DNA from: a virus | Lineage: Duplodnaviria > Caudoviricetes | Reading direction: 5' to 3' (one strand) | IMG/VR virus record: IMGVR_UViG_3300030104_003308 | Coordinates: 1-59,239 of that record | DNA length: 59,239 nucleotides | Part shown: positions 8,346-17,010 of the stretch, one piece after another | Layout: each line of letters begins with the position of its first letter | Position numbering within the stretch: position 1 is the stretch's first letter | Position numbers and translations under genes: made by a program | Notes under the pieces: model-generated | Told to the model about the DNA's origin: nothing | Databases searched by the model: none | The model's input: the letters and a program-made list of their open reading frames with translations, nothing else

Positions 8346-10513
8346 AATCAGAATTATTTCAACATGAAATGACAGAAACGTCTGCGATCTTCGGACGTAA
8401 TGAGAATGTTCAAGTTGTCTTTAGAGGGGACGGAGCATTTACAGATGGCAATACCATTAACCTGCCATCTCTTATACATGGTGCTGAAGTTGACAAGGAC
8501 ACCATGTCTGTGATGCGTGGCTATACGGACCACGAAGCTGGTCACGTTAAGCACACAGACTTTGATGAGGTCAATAGGTTTGGAAATAAAGACTGCATAA
8601 ACCCAGATGGAACTCGTAATGATTTCTTGTTTGGTCTTGCCAATGCTATTGAGGATATATGGTTAGAGAAGAAAATCTTTAACGACTATCCAGGGGCTGA
8701 GAAGAATGTATCTTCTACTGCGTCTGCCGTGAACAAATCTTTTCTCGATAGGAAAGATGCCAAGAAGTTAGCGAAGGATTGGTTGTCGGTGCTTGGTGTT
8801 GCGATCACTTGGGAAGGTCGTAAGGATTATGATGGCATACAGCATACCCAAGAATGTCTTGACCTACTTGATGATGACTTCAAAGAAAGGCTTGAGGGTT
8901 GGGTCGAGAAGATCGAGAGCAGTAAGTGTACTCAAGACAATACGAAGTTAGCCAATGAAATATACAAAGAGGTGATGGCTGAAGATAAAAAGCGTCAACC
9001 AAAGCCAGAGAATAATGAGGGCGAAGGCGAAGGAGAGGGCAAGCCCAAAGAGAAACCACATGGGGAGGATGAAACTGATGGGAATAGAACACCAGAGCAT
9101 GAGCAAACTACAATGGGGGACGGAGAAGAACAAGAAGCACAGAAAGATACCACTGAGAACGATGGACAAGGTGCAAGTCAAGGAGATGAGAAATCTTCAG
9201 ACGCTGAAGCAAACTCTGATAAAGGAGATGAGGGCTCTCAAAAGGGAGCAGAAAAATCTGATGGTGAGGACGGAGATCAGCAGGGCAACGGAACTAAACA
9301 AAGCAATCCAGAACATGGGGATGATACTACAGAAGACCCGACAGAGGATAAAGATTTTGAAGGGGGTGGAGTAGGAGCGACCAATGTCTGGGGTCAGCAT
9401 GAACCATTCGATCATGGCTTCGATAAGGAGGTAGAGAAAGCCACTAAGGAAATGGAGAACAAGGCTCAAGGTGGTGTATTCTACAAACCATACACGACAA
9501 CGTATGACGCTGTGATAACTAAGGATACATTCTTCCATGAAGAAGTTGCAAATGTTTTATCCAATCCAAATGGTGACGCACGATACAAGAAGAAACTCAA
9601 GCAACAAACTGGCACTGCCAATGTGATACGCAGACGGATAGAGAGGGCGTTGTCTGCCAAGATGAACAGAGGTTGGGATCAAGGTCGAGAGTTTGGTCGG
9701 TTGGATAACAAGCGATTGGTTGGTGCTTTTAATGGACAGACCAATGTCTATAAGGAACGAGAGCCCATGCCAGAGATTGATACAGCAGTCACGATGTTAG
9801 TTGATTGCTCTGGCTCTATGGATGGTTACCCACTTGAACTGGCTCAAGAAGTAGCGATTGCTTTAACTGAGGCTATTGAGAGGACGATGGTGCAGTATGA
9901 GATACTTGGCTTTACCACTTGCATTACTGATTATGTTCAGAGCCCAGGTGAAAGGTTTAAACTAAAGCCAGAAAGCACTGACGATGATCGCTTTAACGAT
10001 TACGCAAGAACAGGGGTACTCACTGGCTATGTCTTCAAGAGTTTTGATGAGCAGTTGAGGTTAGCCAAGAGAGCGATTGGTAATATGACAAAGGTTTGGA
10101 CGGCTGCAAATACGGATGGCGAGAGTGTCTTGTGGGCATTGAATAGATTGCACAAGAGGAGAGAGGCAAGGAAGGTCTTGCTTGTCTTGTCAGACGGATA
10201 CCCTGCGTCTGGATGGTACAATGGTAAACCTGAAAGAATAAAAGCTGGTATGCCTGAACCACTTACCAGAGTTATGACAGATGAAGACCATCTTCGTTAT
10301 GCTGTTGATCGTGCCAAGAAAGAGGGGGTTGATTGTATTGGGATAGGGATAGATAGCAGTGCAGTTGAACAGTTCTATCCAGATTATGTGGTAGTTCATA
10401 AGCTTGAAGACTTGGAGAAGGAAGCGTTGGGTAAGTTAGCCAAGGCATTACTTGGTGAGAGGTATGAGGTAGATAACTCTAAGCTACTCAAGGTTCAAAA
10501 TGCAGTCGCTTAA
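8342..10513 (+). CDS. cobT: CobT-like protein: N-terminal HExxH domain, acidic linker, C-terminal VWA domain
   Basis: HEAGH and NAIED motifs, long D/E/G-rich linker, GRLD, MIDAS DCSGSM, NTDGE and VLSDG. Confidence 0.88.
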   Translation: MKSELFQHEMTETSAIFGRNENVQVVFRGDGAFTDGNTINLPSLIHGAEVDKDTMSVMRGYTDHEAGHVKHTDFDEVNRFGNKDCINPDGTRNDFLFGLANAIEDIWLEKKIFNDYPGAEKNVSSTASAVNKSFLDRKDAKKLAKDWLSVLGVAITWEGRKDYDGIQHTQECLDLLDDDFKERLEGWVEKIESSKCTQDNTKLANEIYKEVMAEDKKRQPKPENNEGEGEGEGKPKEKPHGEDETDGNRTPEHEQTTMGDGEEQEAQKDTTENDGQGASQGDEKSSDAEANSDKGDEGSQKGAEKSDGEDGDQQGNGTKQSNPEHGDDTTEDPTEDKDFEGGGVGATNVWGQHEPFDHGFDKEVEKATKEMENKAQGGVFYKPYTTTYDAVITKDTFFHEEVANVLSNPNGDARYKKKLKQQTGTANVIRRRIERALSAKMNRGWDQGREFGRLDNKRLVGAFNGQTNVYKEREPMPEIDTAVTMLVDCSGSMDGYPLELAQEVAIALTEAIERTMVQYEILGFTTCITDYVQSPGERFKLKPESTDDDRFNDYARTGVLTGYVFKSFDEQLRLAKRAIGNMTKVWTAANTDGESVLWALNRLHKRREARKVLLVLSDGYPASGWYNGKPERIKAGMPEPLTRVMTDEDHLRYAVDRAKKEGVDCIGIGIDSSAVEQFYPDYVVVHKLEDLEKEALGKLAKALLGERYEVDNSKLLKVQNAVA

Positions 10514-10950
10514 AAAGAAACCTAAAACAGTAGTGCGTTATGAGTGGATGCAATGGTATCCACAAAAGCGTTGGCACATGCAGTTCTGGCTCAAGGTCGG
10601 TAAGCAAGTGAGAAAGAAAAACATACGGCAGTTAGATCGTTCCAAGATCATGCCAATCATAAGGAGTATAGATACATGACTAGTGATTATTTAGATGAGG
10701 CTTGTACAGAAATGTATGGGCATACGAATTGGGAATATGGCGATGGGGATGCCAATAAAACTGTAGTTATTTTTCACAAAAAACCTTTGGATGAAGAGGA
10801 GGATTATGATGACTAAGCGTAATACTTGGGCTTGGATTTATGGAGATGAATGTGACTTTCTTTGGAAGCATTTTGGAATGGAAGTTAGAAATCCTGACGA
10901 CAGAATGAAAATTAAATTCGATGGGTTTGAAGAAGGTAAAGAAGAGGGAG

Positions 10951-11112
10951 ATGATGATGACTAGATGTCCGAGATGCCAGAGTGAAGTGAGTTTAGTTTT
11001 TGTACACGGACACTACCAGTGTCCAGTGTGCAAATCAAATGTCGATGATTGCTGTCAAGGTGAGGTTTGTCAGACAGTAGAACAGGAGGAGAAAGAAAAT
11101 GATGAGAACTGA
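10951..11112 (+). CDS. Cys-rich zinc-finger microprotein
   Basis: CPRC...VHGHYQCPVC...CCQG; GGGAG SD. Confidence 0.65.
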   Translation: MMMTRCPRCQSEVSLVFVHGHYQCPVCKSNVDDCCQGEVCQTVEQEEKENDEN

Positions 11113-11515
11113 TACACAATCAGAAGAGAAGGAACTAAACCATTTAGTTCGATGCTACAACTGCCAACGTGAAGCGAAGAAACAAGTGAAGACGTTCTAT
11201 GCTACACGACCTGGCGAAAAGTATAGGGGTAACCTTGAGGTTAAAAAGGAAACTCCCAGACAAAATAACTACGGACACATTTACTGGGTAACAGAGTGTT
11301 TCACTGGTAAGTACGTAATGAAGTTTGGAAACTTTTGTTCGGTCAAGTGTGGATTGATCTGGGCTAACAATGAGATTGAGCGAAGACGTATGAATAAAAA
11401 TACGAATGGTTCAGGCAATGCTATCAAGCAAGAAGATAAAGACCAGCTTATGAAATTGAGAAACCAGATCGCTATGAATGGGAGAGCAAGGTATGCCAAA
11501 CAAGAAAAAGTTTGA
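11099..11515 (+). CDS. Hypothetical Zn-binding protein
   Basis: CYNC...FCSVKC. Confidence 0.65.
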   Translation: MMRTDTQSEEKELNHLVRCYNCQREAKKQVKTFYATRPGEKYRGNLEVKKETPRQNNYGHIYWVTECFTGKYVMKFGNFCSVKCGLIWANNEIERRRMNKNTNGSGNAIKQEDKDQLMKLRNQIAMNGRARYAKQEKV

Positions 11516-11687
11516 TGTCAAAGGGTTCTTGGAAAGCACAGACCAGATTGCTACAGCACTGGTCGAAGAGCCTTGGGCAATAGACCTTTACGGAGATGAA
11601 CATGATCCAAGCACTTGTCCAGAGTGCTTGGAGGAACAGAAAATTTTAGACGAAATGCAAAAGAAAGAAAGAGATAAGAAGAAATGA
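11493..11687 (+). CDS. Hypothetical protein
   Basis: HDPSTCPEC; overlaps both neighbours. Confidence 0.55.
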   Translation: MPNKKKFDVKGFLESTDQIATALVEEPWAIDLYGDEHDPSTCPECLEEQKILDEMQKKERDKKK

Positions 11688-12130
11688 TAGATAAATTTTA
11701 CGAGAAGATTAACACCATCTTTGATGGTTTGGAAAACGACCAGAAGGTTACAGTATACAATCAACTGGGAGCGAAGTTAATGGCAGCCGACCTGCTGCCT
11801 AAGACGAAATCCAGATGGTCTGGCAAGTCTTGGAAAAAGACAGGGCATGTCAGCTTCAAGCATGTCACTGGTTACGATCCGAAGAAGCCAGCCATTGCAA
11901 GAATAGAGGGAACAATGGTGAAGGACTACGAAACTGTAGATGAGGGTGAGTTGATCCTCATAATGAAAGACAAGAAGTATCGTGTGTGTGTCAGAGATAA
12001 CACTGCTTGTGATATATTTGAAGGGGATACCCACAACGAACTAAAGTATAGATCACCTGCATTTAATAGCCCAGACCCTAGTACGAACTGGCGTGACCTT
12101 AATAGGTGGATAGAGAAACACTATACTTAG
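11684..12130 (+). CDS. Hypothetical protein
   Basis: 148-aa ORF with ATGA coupling. Confidence 0.7.
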   Translation: MIDKFYEKINTIFDGLENDQKVTVYNQLGAKLMAADLLPKTKSRWSGKSWKKTGHVSFKHVTGYDPKKPAIARIEGTMVKDYETVDEGELILIMKDKKYRVCVRDNTACDIFEGDTHNELKYRSPAFNSPDPSTNWRDLNRWIEKHYT

Positions 12131-12200
12131 GGATTGAAAAGTTTATTGACAGCATTATATTAAGTAGTGTATAGAATACTATACATAAATAGGAGAAAAT

Positions 12201-12449
12201 ATGACAACTAATTTTATAATTGATGACGTGATCGCTAAAGAAAATGTCAGCCTCTCTCCTTTCAAAAGATTAAATGGGAGAGTTGTTTTTCTCACAAGTC
12301 TTGGGAGTGTAGGGAGATTGAAAGGAAACTGGTGCAATTATCCTACTGGAAGTCCGAAAGAACAGAGATTAGGGACACTCCAAGGTGAGCTTAGTTTCTG
12401 GAAAGGACAGAAGCGAGAAACAAGGAGGGGTAACAATGAGATATCTTAA
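12201..12449 (+). CDS. Hypothetical protein
   Basis: AGGAG SD; TTGACA in the upstream AT-rich gap. Confidence 0.6.
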   Translation: MTTNFIIDDVIAKENVSLSPFKRLNGRVVFLTSLGSVGRLKGNWCNYPTGSPKEQRLGTLQGELSFWKGQKRETRRGNNEIS

Positions 12450-12663
12450 AGCAAAAGAAATTGTAAACATAAATTACAATAGAACTGAAATTGAGGGATG
12501 CACTAATTGGAATGGCCTATATGGGTTTGGTTTTCACAATAAACCTAAACATCAATGGTCTGTAGGTAGTGTTTCTCCTCCAACTTATCGAGGAAAGAAT
12601 GAAACAACTAGATCGGATCGAGTGGAAACTCGACCAGATTATCCAGAAACTTGGAACACTTGA
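12436..12663 (+). CDS. Hypothetical protein
   Basis: GGAGG SD before MRYLKAK. Confidence 0.55.
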   Translation: MRYLKAKEIVNINYNRTEIEGCTNWNGLYGFGFHNKPKHQWSVGSVSPPTYRGKNETTRSDRVETRPDYPETWNT

Positions 12664-13039
12664 GAATATCAGTGAACCAAATTTTAAACAGACACCAGAA
12701 GACAAAAGGCCAGAGTATGTATTACATGGATTTACACCAAAGCAACACGGAGTTATGCAGATGCTCTGTCGGAGTGCAAGTAATGCAGAAATTGCCAGAC
12801 GTTTTAATATCTCTGAGAACACTGCGAAGATACATGTTCGTACTGTGGCTAAGAGGTTGGGTGTCAATGCAAGGGCAGAAATTGTGTTGAAAGTTTTACC
12901 TGCTTTGAAAGAGATAGACGAGGAAAGCTATCAGCTTCTTACGAAAGGTTTGCCAAGAAATTGGGATGCTAATTGGGGGAACGAAGGGGGTAAAGCATTT
13001 GACCACTTATTAATTAGGGACGACAATGCTAAAACTTAG
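12599..13039 (+). CDS. LuxR/GerE-type helix-turn-helix regulator without receiver or ligand domain
   Basis: FTPKQHGVMQMLCRSASNAEIARRFNISENTAKIHVRTVAKRLGV. Confidence 0.85.
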   Translation: MKQLDRIEWKLDQIIQKLGTLENISEPNFKQTPEDKRPEYVLHGFTPKQHGVMQMLCRSASNAEIARRFNISENTAKIHVRTVAKRLGVNARAEIVLKVLPALKEIDEESYQLLTKGLPRNWDANWGNEGGKAFDHLLIRDDNAKT

Positions 13040-14300
13040 GTTACGTGGTGATACTTGGTACGCAATGGGTACAATCACTCGGCTTGATGGTAAGCGAGTG
13101 AGGGTCAAGCGTAGTACGAAGTTCACTTATAATCAAAAAAATTATGCCAAGTCTTTGTTGCCGACTATACAAGCTGAAGTTATTAAGCAGACTTGTGAGC
13201 CAAAGAAAGAAAAACGTAGCGACTACCTCGTTGCCGACATGAATAGTCGGTACTTAGGTAGGCCAGAAGGTTTCTTGTCATCAGCAAACGGATATATTCT
13301 GAATGATTTTGATAGGTTCTTTGGCAAGAGGGAGGTCTTGGACTTGGATATTAAGGAAGTGTATAGCCATTTCAATCGGAAGGGGACGAAGCCGTCTTCC
13401 ATTCGTAAAGAAATGGCGACACTCATAGCCAGTATTAACTATAGTAAGATGAGGGGATTTCCTTACATCATCTTTAGAGATGAGCAAGGTAAGGAAGTGA
13501 ACCTCGTCAAACCTCCCGAAGGTGAGGGTAGGTTAAGATGGTTAAGCATGAAGCAAAGGGATCACTTGATCTCTTGCTGTGATGAAGCAATCAAAGACCT
13601 TGTTGCTTTTCTATTCTACACTGGAGCGAGATTAGGCAATGCCTTTGAACTCACAGACCAGAATATAATAGGTGATGAGGTTATGCTTTACACAAGGAAG
13701 GGTAGGGCAAGGAAAGTTTCTTGGAGAAAAGTTCCAATTCTATCAGCCATCAAGCCAATGATGAGGGCTAGGTGTGGTGGTGGTCTTGTCTTTCCAAATC
13801 CATTGGGGACTTCATGGAGAAGGTCTGGTGTCAATAATGATGGAAGGAAAAGTGACAACACTAACTTCTATCACTTTTGGAATGATGCTTGTGAGAAAGC
13901 AGGGATCACAGACTTTAAACCCCATGATGCGAGGCATACTTTTGCTTCGCTTCTAAGACAGAATGGAGCAGGGCTAGATGAGTTGCAAGAGTTGTTAGGT
14001 CATGCCAGTTTGGAGATGGTCAGACGCTATGCACATCTTGCTCCTTCTAAATTGAAGAGTGTTATTGAACGCTTGGATGCTACCTCGGATGTGTCTGTCC
14101 CAAATCTGTCCCACGAAAATGTGGTGCTGACGGAAGGAATTGAACCTTCGACCTCTGCTTTACCAAAGCAGTGCTCTACCACTGAGCTACGCCAGCATAA
14201 GAGAGTAGATATTAACACATCAAAAGTTGCTGACAAGAGTACGTTAGATTTCATTACCAAGGACAAAAATACTAATCCTTTGGCTAAAAAACCCCCCTAA
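13026..14300 (+). CDS. int: Tyrosine integrase
   Basis: YTGAR, K, HDARH, LLGH, RRY catalytic set (R-K-H-R-H-Y). Confidence 0.93.
   Translation: MLKLRLRGDTWYAMGTITRLDGKRVRVKRSTKFTYNQKNYAKSLLPTIQAEVIKQTCEPKKEKRSDYLVADMNSRYLGRPEGFLSSANGYILNDFDRFFGKREVLDLDIKEVYSHFNRKGTKPSSIRKEMATLIASINYSKMRGFPYIIFRDEQGKEVNLVKPPEGEGRLRWLSMKQRDHLISCCDEAIKDLVAFLFYTGARLGNAFELTDQNIIGDEVMLYTRKGRARKVSWRKVPILSAIKPMMRARCGGGLVFPNPLGTSWRRSGVNNDGRKSDNTNFYHFWNDACEKAGITDFKPHDARHTFASLLRQNGAGLDELQELLGHASLEMVRRYAHLAPSKLKSVIERLDATSDVSVPNLSHENVVLTEGIEPSTSALPKQCSTTELRQHKRVDINTSKVADKSTLDFITKDKNTNPLAKKPP
14122..14196 (-). tRNA. tRNA-Thr(GGT), 75 nt with encoded CCA
   Basis: GCTGGCG TA GCTC AGTGGTA GAGC A CTGCT TTGGTAA AGCAG AGGTC GAAGG TTCAATT CCTTC CGTCAGC ACCA folds into a full cloverleaf. 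Confidence 0.95.
14209..14236 (-). promoter_or_regulatory. Sigma70 promoter of the tRNA
   Basis: TTGTCA-N16-TAATAT, 12 bp upstream of the tRNA 5' end. Confidence 0.65.
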
Positions 14301-14388
14301 AGTGACCTAACGTAACACTATTGGTTGTGTCTTGGTTGTGTGTTTTACACCAGATATGTCCCATGTCCCACTGATTATTATGGGACAG

Positions 14389-14418
14389 TTGACTTCTCAC
14401 ACATTCAAGGACTAAACT
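14389..14418 (+). promoter_or_regulatory. Putative sigma70 promoter
   Basis: TTGACT-N18-TAAACT next to the last arm repeat. Confidence 0.45.
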
Positions 14419-14589
14419 AACAACCTGCCTATGTACCATACAAAGCATCAATGAGGAGGAAACAATGCTAGTACGAACATTACTTAAAAATAAAAATGTG
14501 GAACTTAAACATCAACGAACAGGCAAAAGCATGCAGATGAAAGCCAAGAAGATCAGAGCCATACCACCTCCATGCTTGGAAGGAGCAGT

Positions 14590-14784
14590 ATGCGAAGAGT
14601 AAATTTTGCAGAGGAAATAGACAAGCTTTGTGACGATCTGATTAAGGTTGTCAAAAAGAGAATGAATCATCAGACAGAGACGACAAAAGTCTACATGGAT
14701 GATTTAATAGATGTGCTACAAGAGACTAGGGTTTCAGCCCACAAAGCTGAAAGACTAATGAACAAAAATGAGGTGGTACATTGA
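14590..14784 (+). CDS. Hypothetical protein
   Basis: AAGGAG SD before MRRVNF. Confidence 0.6.
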   Translation: MRRVNFAEEIDKLCDDLIKVVKKRMNHQTETTKVYMDDLIDVLQETRVSAHKAERLMNKNEVVH

Positions 14785-15086
14785 CCAACGATCAAAACAA
14801 AAAAGCAATCGACATCGGCAATCTCTTTGCCGTTGTCGATGACGACAACAAGTTACTTGGCGTTGAGGTTTCATTCAATGCCAACGTAAAGAGTAAGGAT
14901 GGAGCAGTAGACGTGATCTCAAGTCTGTCTGCTTGCATACATAATCCCCGATGGGTGATGAATAACGTAATGAGGACGAGCAATGCACAGACTGAAACCA
15001 CTGGAAATAAAGACAGCGATAACAGTAATGCACCTTCTGGCGACAAAGCCAAGGGAACTAAAGCTGACACTGGAGATAATAAGTAA
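14781..15086 (+). CDS. Hypothetical protein
   Basis: GAGGTG SD, TTG start. Confidence 0.55.
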   Translation: MTNDQNKKAIDIGNLFAVVDDDNKLLGVEVSFNANVKSKDGAVDVISSLSACIHNPRWVMNNVMRTSNAQTETTGNKDSDNSNAPSGDKAKGTKADTGDNK

Positions 15087-15294
15087 GGCTGTTGGCAAGA
15101 GTTCTGGGCAGATAAGTCAAGCTATTAAGTATCTAGCACACTGCCGTATCCTGAAGAAAGACAAGGATCACGGCTATCTGTCTGGGGAAAAAGCCGAGAA
15201 GTATCTAGTTTGGTGGGGAGTTACACCACAGGAAGATAAATTAATCATGCGACCAAGTGAAAGGAAAGAGAATGAAGAAGTTTTTAGAATTTGA
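14983..15294 (+). CDS. Putative winged-helix DNA-binding protein
   Basis: LTLEIISKAVGKSSGQISQAIKYLAHCRIL...GY pattern; GAGG SD. Confidence 0.55.
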   Translation: MHRLKPLEIKTAITVMHLLATKPRELKLTLEIISKAVGKSSGQISQAIKYLAHCRILKKDKDHGYLSGEKAEKYLVWWGVTPQEDKLIMRPSERKENEEVFRI

Positions 15295-15389
15295 AAAACG
15301 ATTTGGCGAGGGTACTCGCTTCGATTTAGATTGGGGTAAAGTAGTTATCCTCTGTCTTTGTATCTACATTGCTTTCTTTAAGGACTAAC

Positions 15390-15563
15390 ATGGAAGAATA
15401 TTTCGGTGAAGAAGTTCTTGAGAAAAAATTTGTATGCGTCTTATGCAATGAAGTGTCTGAAGGGCATGGACATAATCCAGACCCTCTCGCTAAAGAAGGG
15501 CGTTGTTGTGACAAGTGCAACAATGAAGTCATTGCCAGACGCTTTATGGATATGATGCGTTAA
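15390..15563 (+). CDS. Zinc-finger microprotein
   Basis: CVLC...GHNPDPL...GRCCDKCN. Confidence 0.65.
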   Translation: MEEYFGEEVLEKKFVCVLCNEVSEGHGHNPDPLAKEGRCCDKCNNEVIARRFMDMMR

Positions 15564-15570
15564 TTCAAAT

Positions 15571-15595
15571 ACTCTAGGGGTTTTACCCCTAGAGT
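15571..15595. terminator. Hairpin between convergent operons
   Basis: ACTCTAGGGG-TTTTA-CCCCTAGAGT. Confidence 0.6.
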
Positions 15596-16026
15596 TTCCC
15601 TTCTGAAAAGAGCCATGCTATATAGAGCATGCCCCCTAATCCCAAACAAAAAACTATAGCACCTATGAATACTGTAATGCACTCTCTTATGAAGGCTTTA
15701 CGTTTACGTATCTCGTAGGCTTCTCTCTCTACGACTTTCTTTTCTTCTTGTCTGAGAGCCATGAATTGTCGTAAGCCCGACTCACCACGAGTAGCACGAA
15801 TGATCTGCTTCAGATTGTGTTCAAGGTCTTCAGCTTGCTTGAGGGCGATGAACTTCTCCATCGCATTTCCCCCCTTTTTTTTCGCATCTCGTGCTTCAGA
15901 CTTGACATCATCAATGGCAGACCAGACTTTGCCGAGGTCACGCCCAATCGACTGTGCGTCCTTGCCAAGCTCAATAGTCTTTTTAGCAACTTTAAAAGCT
16001 GCAAGGGCTACAGTTAATGGGTCGAT
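15589..16026 (-). CDS. Membrane-anchored phage protein with (M)DPLT-type N-terminus, probable ATC start
   Basis: Frame open for 55 codons upstream of the tracked ATG; AGAGGT SD precedes ATC GAC CCA; C-terminal TM helix. Confidence 0.65.
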   Translation of the reverse strand: MDPLTVALAAFKVAKKTIELGKDAQSIGRDLGKVWSAIDDVKSEARDAKKKGGNAMEKFIALKQAEDLEHNLKQIIRATRGESGLRQFMALRQEEKKVVEREAYEIRKRKAFIRECITVFIGAIVFCLGLGGMLYIAWLFSEGKL

Positions 16027-16030
16027 GGGA

Positions 16031-16210
16031 CTACCTCTTTCTTAGTCTTCCAAGGATCGGCTTACGACCTCCCATATTTCTACCGAACATTGATGATGGC
16101 CTCGTACGAGGGTTGACTTGAGGATTCATACCCATCCTCATTTGATTTGGCATAATGTTACCAGACCTGGTAAACACGACACCACGATTTGGTCTTTTCA
16201 TTCCACGCAT
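16031..16210 (-). CDS. Small Arg/Met/Gly-rich basic protein, 59 aa
   Basis: MRGMKRPNRG...GRKPILGRLRKR; fills the gap between neighbours. Confidence 0.55.
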   Translation of the reverse strand: MRGMKRPNRGVVFTRSGNIMPNQMRMGMNPQVNPRTRPSSMFGRNMGGRKPILGRLRKR

Positions 16211-16211
16211 A

Positions 16212-16880
16212 TCAGTGCCTCACTTCTTCTTCGGTTTCGGTTTCGTCTTCGTGTAAGATACTTTCTTCCCTGAAGACTTCTTTACTTTTTTTCTCATTCC
16301 ACGCATTAACTGCCACCTTTCTGTCTACTAAATCTTTGAAGTCTTCGAGCCCACGATAGTAGGGTGTGTCCAAAAGAACTCCAAAAGCGTTGTCAAGATG
16401 GTACAATGATTGCACAAGAAGTATGCCCCAGTCGTCCATATTGAGTGCTTGCCAGACAGATAATTCAGCATCTTCACTATCAGGGTGCATACCTATCATC
16501 CAAGTACCGAAGTGGTTTTTGTTTTGTTCGTCAATAAAATCCATCATGGCGTCTGGGGTTAGCTTCTTTGAGATGTCTGTGATAATCAATACGTGTGTGA
16601 ACAAGTCTGGGTCGTTGCTGATAGCTTTAATTTCTACGGCTGCTTGAATGTCGTCTGTGGTGTGGAAGATTACTTGACCATGAAGCAAAGCGTGTCTGGC
16701 ATAAGGGCAGGGAGGCATGTCATTGTAGTCTGGAGAAGGTGCAGACAGATCGTGAACGATCCAGTTCCACACTTGCTGTACTAGTTTTGCATGTTTGCCA
16801 GTAGCCTTCCCAGCCGACAGGCTGGAAGAAGGCGAACTACTTTGAAGGTTTCTTAGAATTTTTGGAAGTTTCGGTTTCAT
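16212..16880 (-). CDS. DUF1415-like protein
   Basis: PPCPYAR motif, HP, LVQ and YY pattern (family recalled, not searched). Confidence 0.55.
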   Translation of the reverse strand: MKPKLPKILRNLQSSSPSSSLSAGKATGKHAKLVQQVWNWIVHDLSAPSPDYNDMPPCPYARHALLHGQVIFHTTDDIQAAVEIKAISNDPDLFTHVLIITDISKKLTPDAMMDFIDEQNKNHFGTWMIGMHPDSEDAELSVWQALNMDDWGILLVQSLYHLDNAFGVLLDTPYYRGLEDFKDLVDRKVAVNAWNEKKSKEVFREESILHEDETETEEEVRH

Positions 16881-17010
16881 CTTTTCGCAACTTGTTCATT
16901 TTTTCTTCCCAACATTTTGGGCAAGCTTCCAACATCTTCTTCCACTCTTGCTTTATGGTATAGACGTTGAGCTCTCGTTGCTCTCCTCCACAGACAGGAC
17001 ATCTTGGCAT
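16837..17010 (-). CDS. Zinc-ribbon microprotein, 57 aa
   Basis: MPRCPVCGG...ACPKCWEEK; GAGGA SD; below the ORF-track cutoff. Confidence 0.6.
   Translation of the reverse strand: MPRCPVCGGEQRELNVYTIKQEWKKMLEACPKCWEEKMNKLRKDETETSKNSKKPSK

Larger units (their letters stand above)
14096..14387. other. attP: Putative attP with arm-type repeats
   Basis: TGTCCCA at 14096, 14107, 14357 and 14364, inverted at 14381, flanking a tRNA core; TTGGTTGTGT direct repeat at 14321 and 14332. Confidence 0.7.

Noticed and set aside
9000-9380. Acidic repetitive stretch and alternative-frame ORFs
   Set aside because: Low-complexity linker of the CobT-like protein, not a repeat array or separate gene
14027-14266. 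79-aa minus-strand ORF
   Set aside because: Translation of the tRNA sense strand; spurious
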